A DNA stretch of 64,000 nt. It comes from Scenedesmus sp. PABB004 (taxonomy: Eukaryota). The translations under genes and the position numbers were made by a program. The stretch covers positions 62,001 to 126,000 of the forward strand of contig JABVCE010000019.1 of assembly GCA_014905635.1 (NCBI GenBank), read 5' to 3'. The notes beneath the pieces are model-generated. The model saw only the letters and a list, made by a program, of their open reading frames with translations. It made no database searches and was not told the origin of the DNA. Of the stretch, positions 62,201 through 64,000 are shown one piece after another; position 1 is the stretch's first letter; every line of letters begins with the position of its first letter.

Positions 62201-64000
62201 GCGTGAGGCCAGGCCGGCTGTCAGGGTAGCACCACAAGGCGGTGCGCAAGGCTGCTGAGGGGGCGCCGACCGCCCCGCACCCGTCTCGTCCTGGTTCTTG
62301 ATGCCATCGGAGCACGTGGGCCAGGCCCCGCTGCACGTGCCCTGCACGCAGTTGCCCGTATCACAATCGGTTGCCGCCAGGCATGTGGTGCCAGTGGAGC
62401 AGGCGCGGCAGGCGCTGCCACCGCAGTCTACGCCCGTCTCCAGACCGTTCTTGATGCCATCGGAGCAAGTTGGGTGCTGCGGGGTGTCAGCAATGAGGCA
62501 GGTGAGACACCAGGAGCAAGGGGCTTGAGACGCAGCTCGCTGCATCCGCCCTTGCGCGTGTGCGCTCACCGGTTCGCCGCAGGAGCCTCCCTTGCAGTAG
62601 TCAGAGCCGCAATCGGAGTCCACCTTGCAGGCGGCATGGATGGTGAGGCACGGGAGGCACGAGCTGCCTCCGCAGTCCACGTCAGTCTCGTCACCGTTCT
62701 TGATGCCGTCAAAGCAGGTCGGCTCCTGTGTCTTGCACACGCCGTTGATGCAGTTGGCGGACGTGCAGTCATACGCGGTTGTACACTTACCGCCGACTGG
62801 GCATGCCGGGCAAACGCCGCCGCAGGTGGTGCTAGAGCAGGACGGCGGCTGCGCGTTCCGGGCAGCAGCAGCAGCGCAGCGAGGGGGTTGAGCGCTGCTG
62901 CACAGAGTGCCGCGCACACCCGCCGTGGCTGCGCTGCGCGCGCTCACCTTGCGGGCGCAGAAGCTGCCCCTGCACAGCAGGCCAGCGCCGCAGTCCGAGT
63001 CAAAGGTGCAGCGCGTTCCTCTGCGGCACTTGGGGCAGTTTGGCCCGCCGCAGTCGACGTCGGTTTCGTTGCCATTCCAGATGCCTGTGCGGTGCGCCAG
63101 CGGGGAGGGGATCGGGTCGTGCTGCAACCGCTGGCGAGAGCGCAGCGGCGGTCGCTGCCGCATGCTGCGGCCCAGCAGGGGGCGGGTGTGGTGCGCGCGC
63201 ACCGTCGTTGCACGTGGGGATCTGGGTGACGCAGCTGCCCTTGTTGCAGTTGCTGGATGCGCAGTCAGAGGGCCGCTCGCAGCGCTGCCCCGTGCCGCAC
63301 GGAAGGCAGCTCGAGCCGCCGCAATCCACACCTGCGAGTGCAAGAGCGTGGCGCAGCACATCGGCACCCAACGGCGCCTGCGGCAGATCCCCCCCTCCTC
63401 CCCGTGGGCGCGGGCCACCAGCCCCACCTGTCTCGCCCGGGCTCAACAGGCCGTCCTGGCAGGATGCAGACAGCACGGCGCAGAAGCCACCCTTGCAAAG
63501 ACCATCTGTGCAGTGCGCAGAGTTGGAGCACTGCTTGCCGGTCGAGCACGTAGGGCAGCTCCCGCCGCAGTCCACGTCTGCGTGCGTGTGCGTGTGCGTG
63601 AGGCGGCGGCAGCGGATCAGGCGGCGTCGTGCGGCAGCGCCCGTAGCGGGCACCCCGTGCGCTGCGCGGCACACCCGTCTCGTCACCGCTCTTGACGCCG
63701 TCCGTGCAGTGGGCCGGGGTCACCTGCGCGCGCACACACAGCGATGGGTCGGTCCACAGGGCCCAACAAGCCGCCCCCTCGCTCCCCCGCTCGCGCGCCC
63801 CGCTGTGCGTGCGTGCGCGCGCCACTACTCACCACACCGCCGGTGACGCACTGGCCGGCGCTGCACGCGCCCCCGGTGCAGGCCGCGCCGTCAGCCTGGT
63901 TCCTCCAGTAAATCATGCCCGTGTTGGCGTCGCACCCCAGCGGCGCGCGGCACTGCTCGGGCGGGGGCCGCACGCATGCGCGGCATGCCGACGTGCCGCC
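56283..64000 (-). CDS. Giant extracellular modular protein (5' end outside the window): CxDGxxNGxETDVDCGG repeats, (SPSSP)n linker, about 16 EGF-like repeats and a C-terminal ricin-B lectin domain; frameshifted by an insertion at 60920-60986
   Basis: Spliced exons include CFDGIKNGDETDVDCGGSSCLPC and DTNGCKGGPCANITNANGTCTDVAAPGTGFTCGCDTGYSW. Terminal exons read NCVDIC..GNIIQWTCHYGSNQLW..LRSVSSGRCV..PCNETDPAQRW (QxW repeats). Confidence 0.82.
58490..59210 (-). repeat. 228-bp tandem exon+intron duplication (about three units) of an EGF module
   Basis: Near-identical intron and exon sequence recurs at about 58590, 58818 and 59046. Confidence 0.93.
60913..60986 (+). mobile_element. 60-bp 5'-truncated retroposon 3' end with a 7-bp target-site duplication, inserted in a coding exon
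   Basis: ATCCCAA (60913-60919) + GGGGCGCGGGACCAATGGGCGCGAGCCTGTGGTGTAAC TATCTT TATCTT TATCTT TTTT + ATCCCAA (60980-60986). Removing it restores the EGF consensus GFGWDAATKQC. Confidence 0.85.

Noticed and set aside
44730..64000. Island as bacterial contamination or an endogenous giant virus
   Set aside because: The genes carry many canonical spliceosomal introns, and no viral core or prokaryotic operon genes are visible.

Overview
Eukaryotic nuclear DNA from an extremely GC-rich, intron-dense chlorophyte green alga. The taxon (Sphaeropleales-like) is inferred from GC content, TTTAGGG-type repeats and the TGTAA poly(A) signal. Most six-frame ORFs are GC artefacts, so genes were reconstructed by manual splicing. 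Left part (1-44.1 kb, very GC-rich): a partial membrane-protein gene, a secreted beta-propeller protein, a class II histone deacetylase, an LCM-family SAM methyltransferase, a conserved membrane protein, a chloroplast atypical SDR, a PHT1/PTA-type H+/phosphate transporter, LIP2 octanoyltransferase, a divergent cyclin-box protein, a peroxisomal acyl-CoA oxidase, a YY1-like zinc finger, an Aa_trans amino acid transporter with a very long tail, and thioredoxin h. About a quarter of the introns here use non-canonical AG|GCGCG donors. A tRNA-Arg(ACG) at 44.7 kb marks the switch to a visibly less GC-rich accessory island whose introns are all GT-AG. The island holds non-LTR retroelement debris and a tandemly duplicated secreted modular gene (Cys-rich + Pro-rich + repeated 3-exon module + 7-bladed RCC1/BLIP-II propeller). 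One copy is intact and one is a pseudogene, and their divergence is concentrated in exon patches. The island also holds the 3' part of a giant Cys-rich/EGF/ricin-lectin gene interrupted by a 60-bp retro-insertion with a 7-bp target-site duplication.
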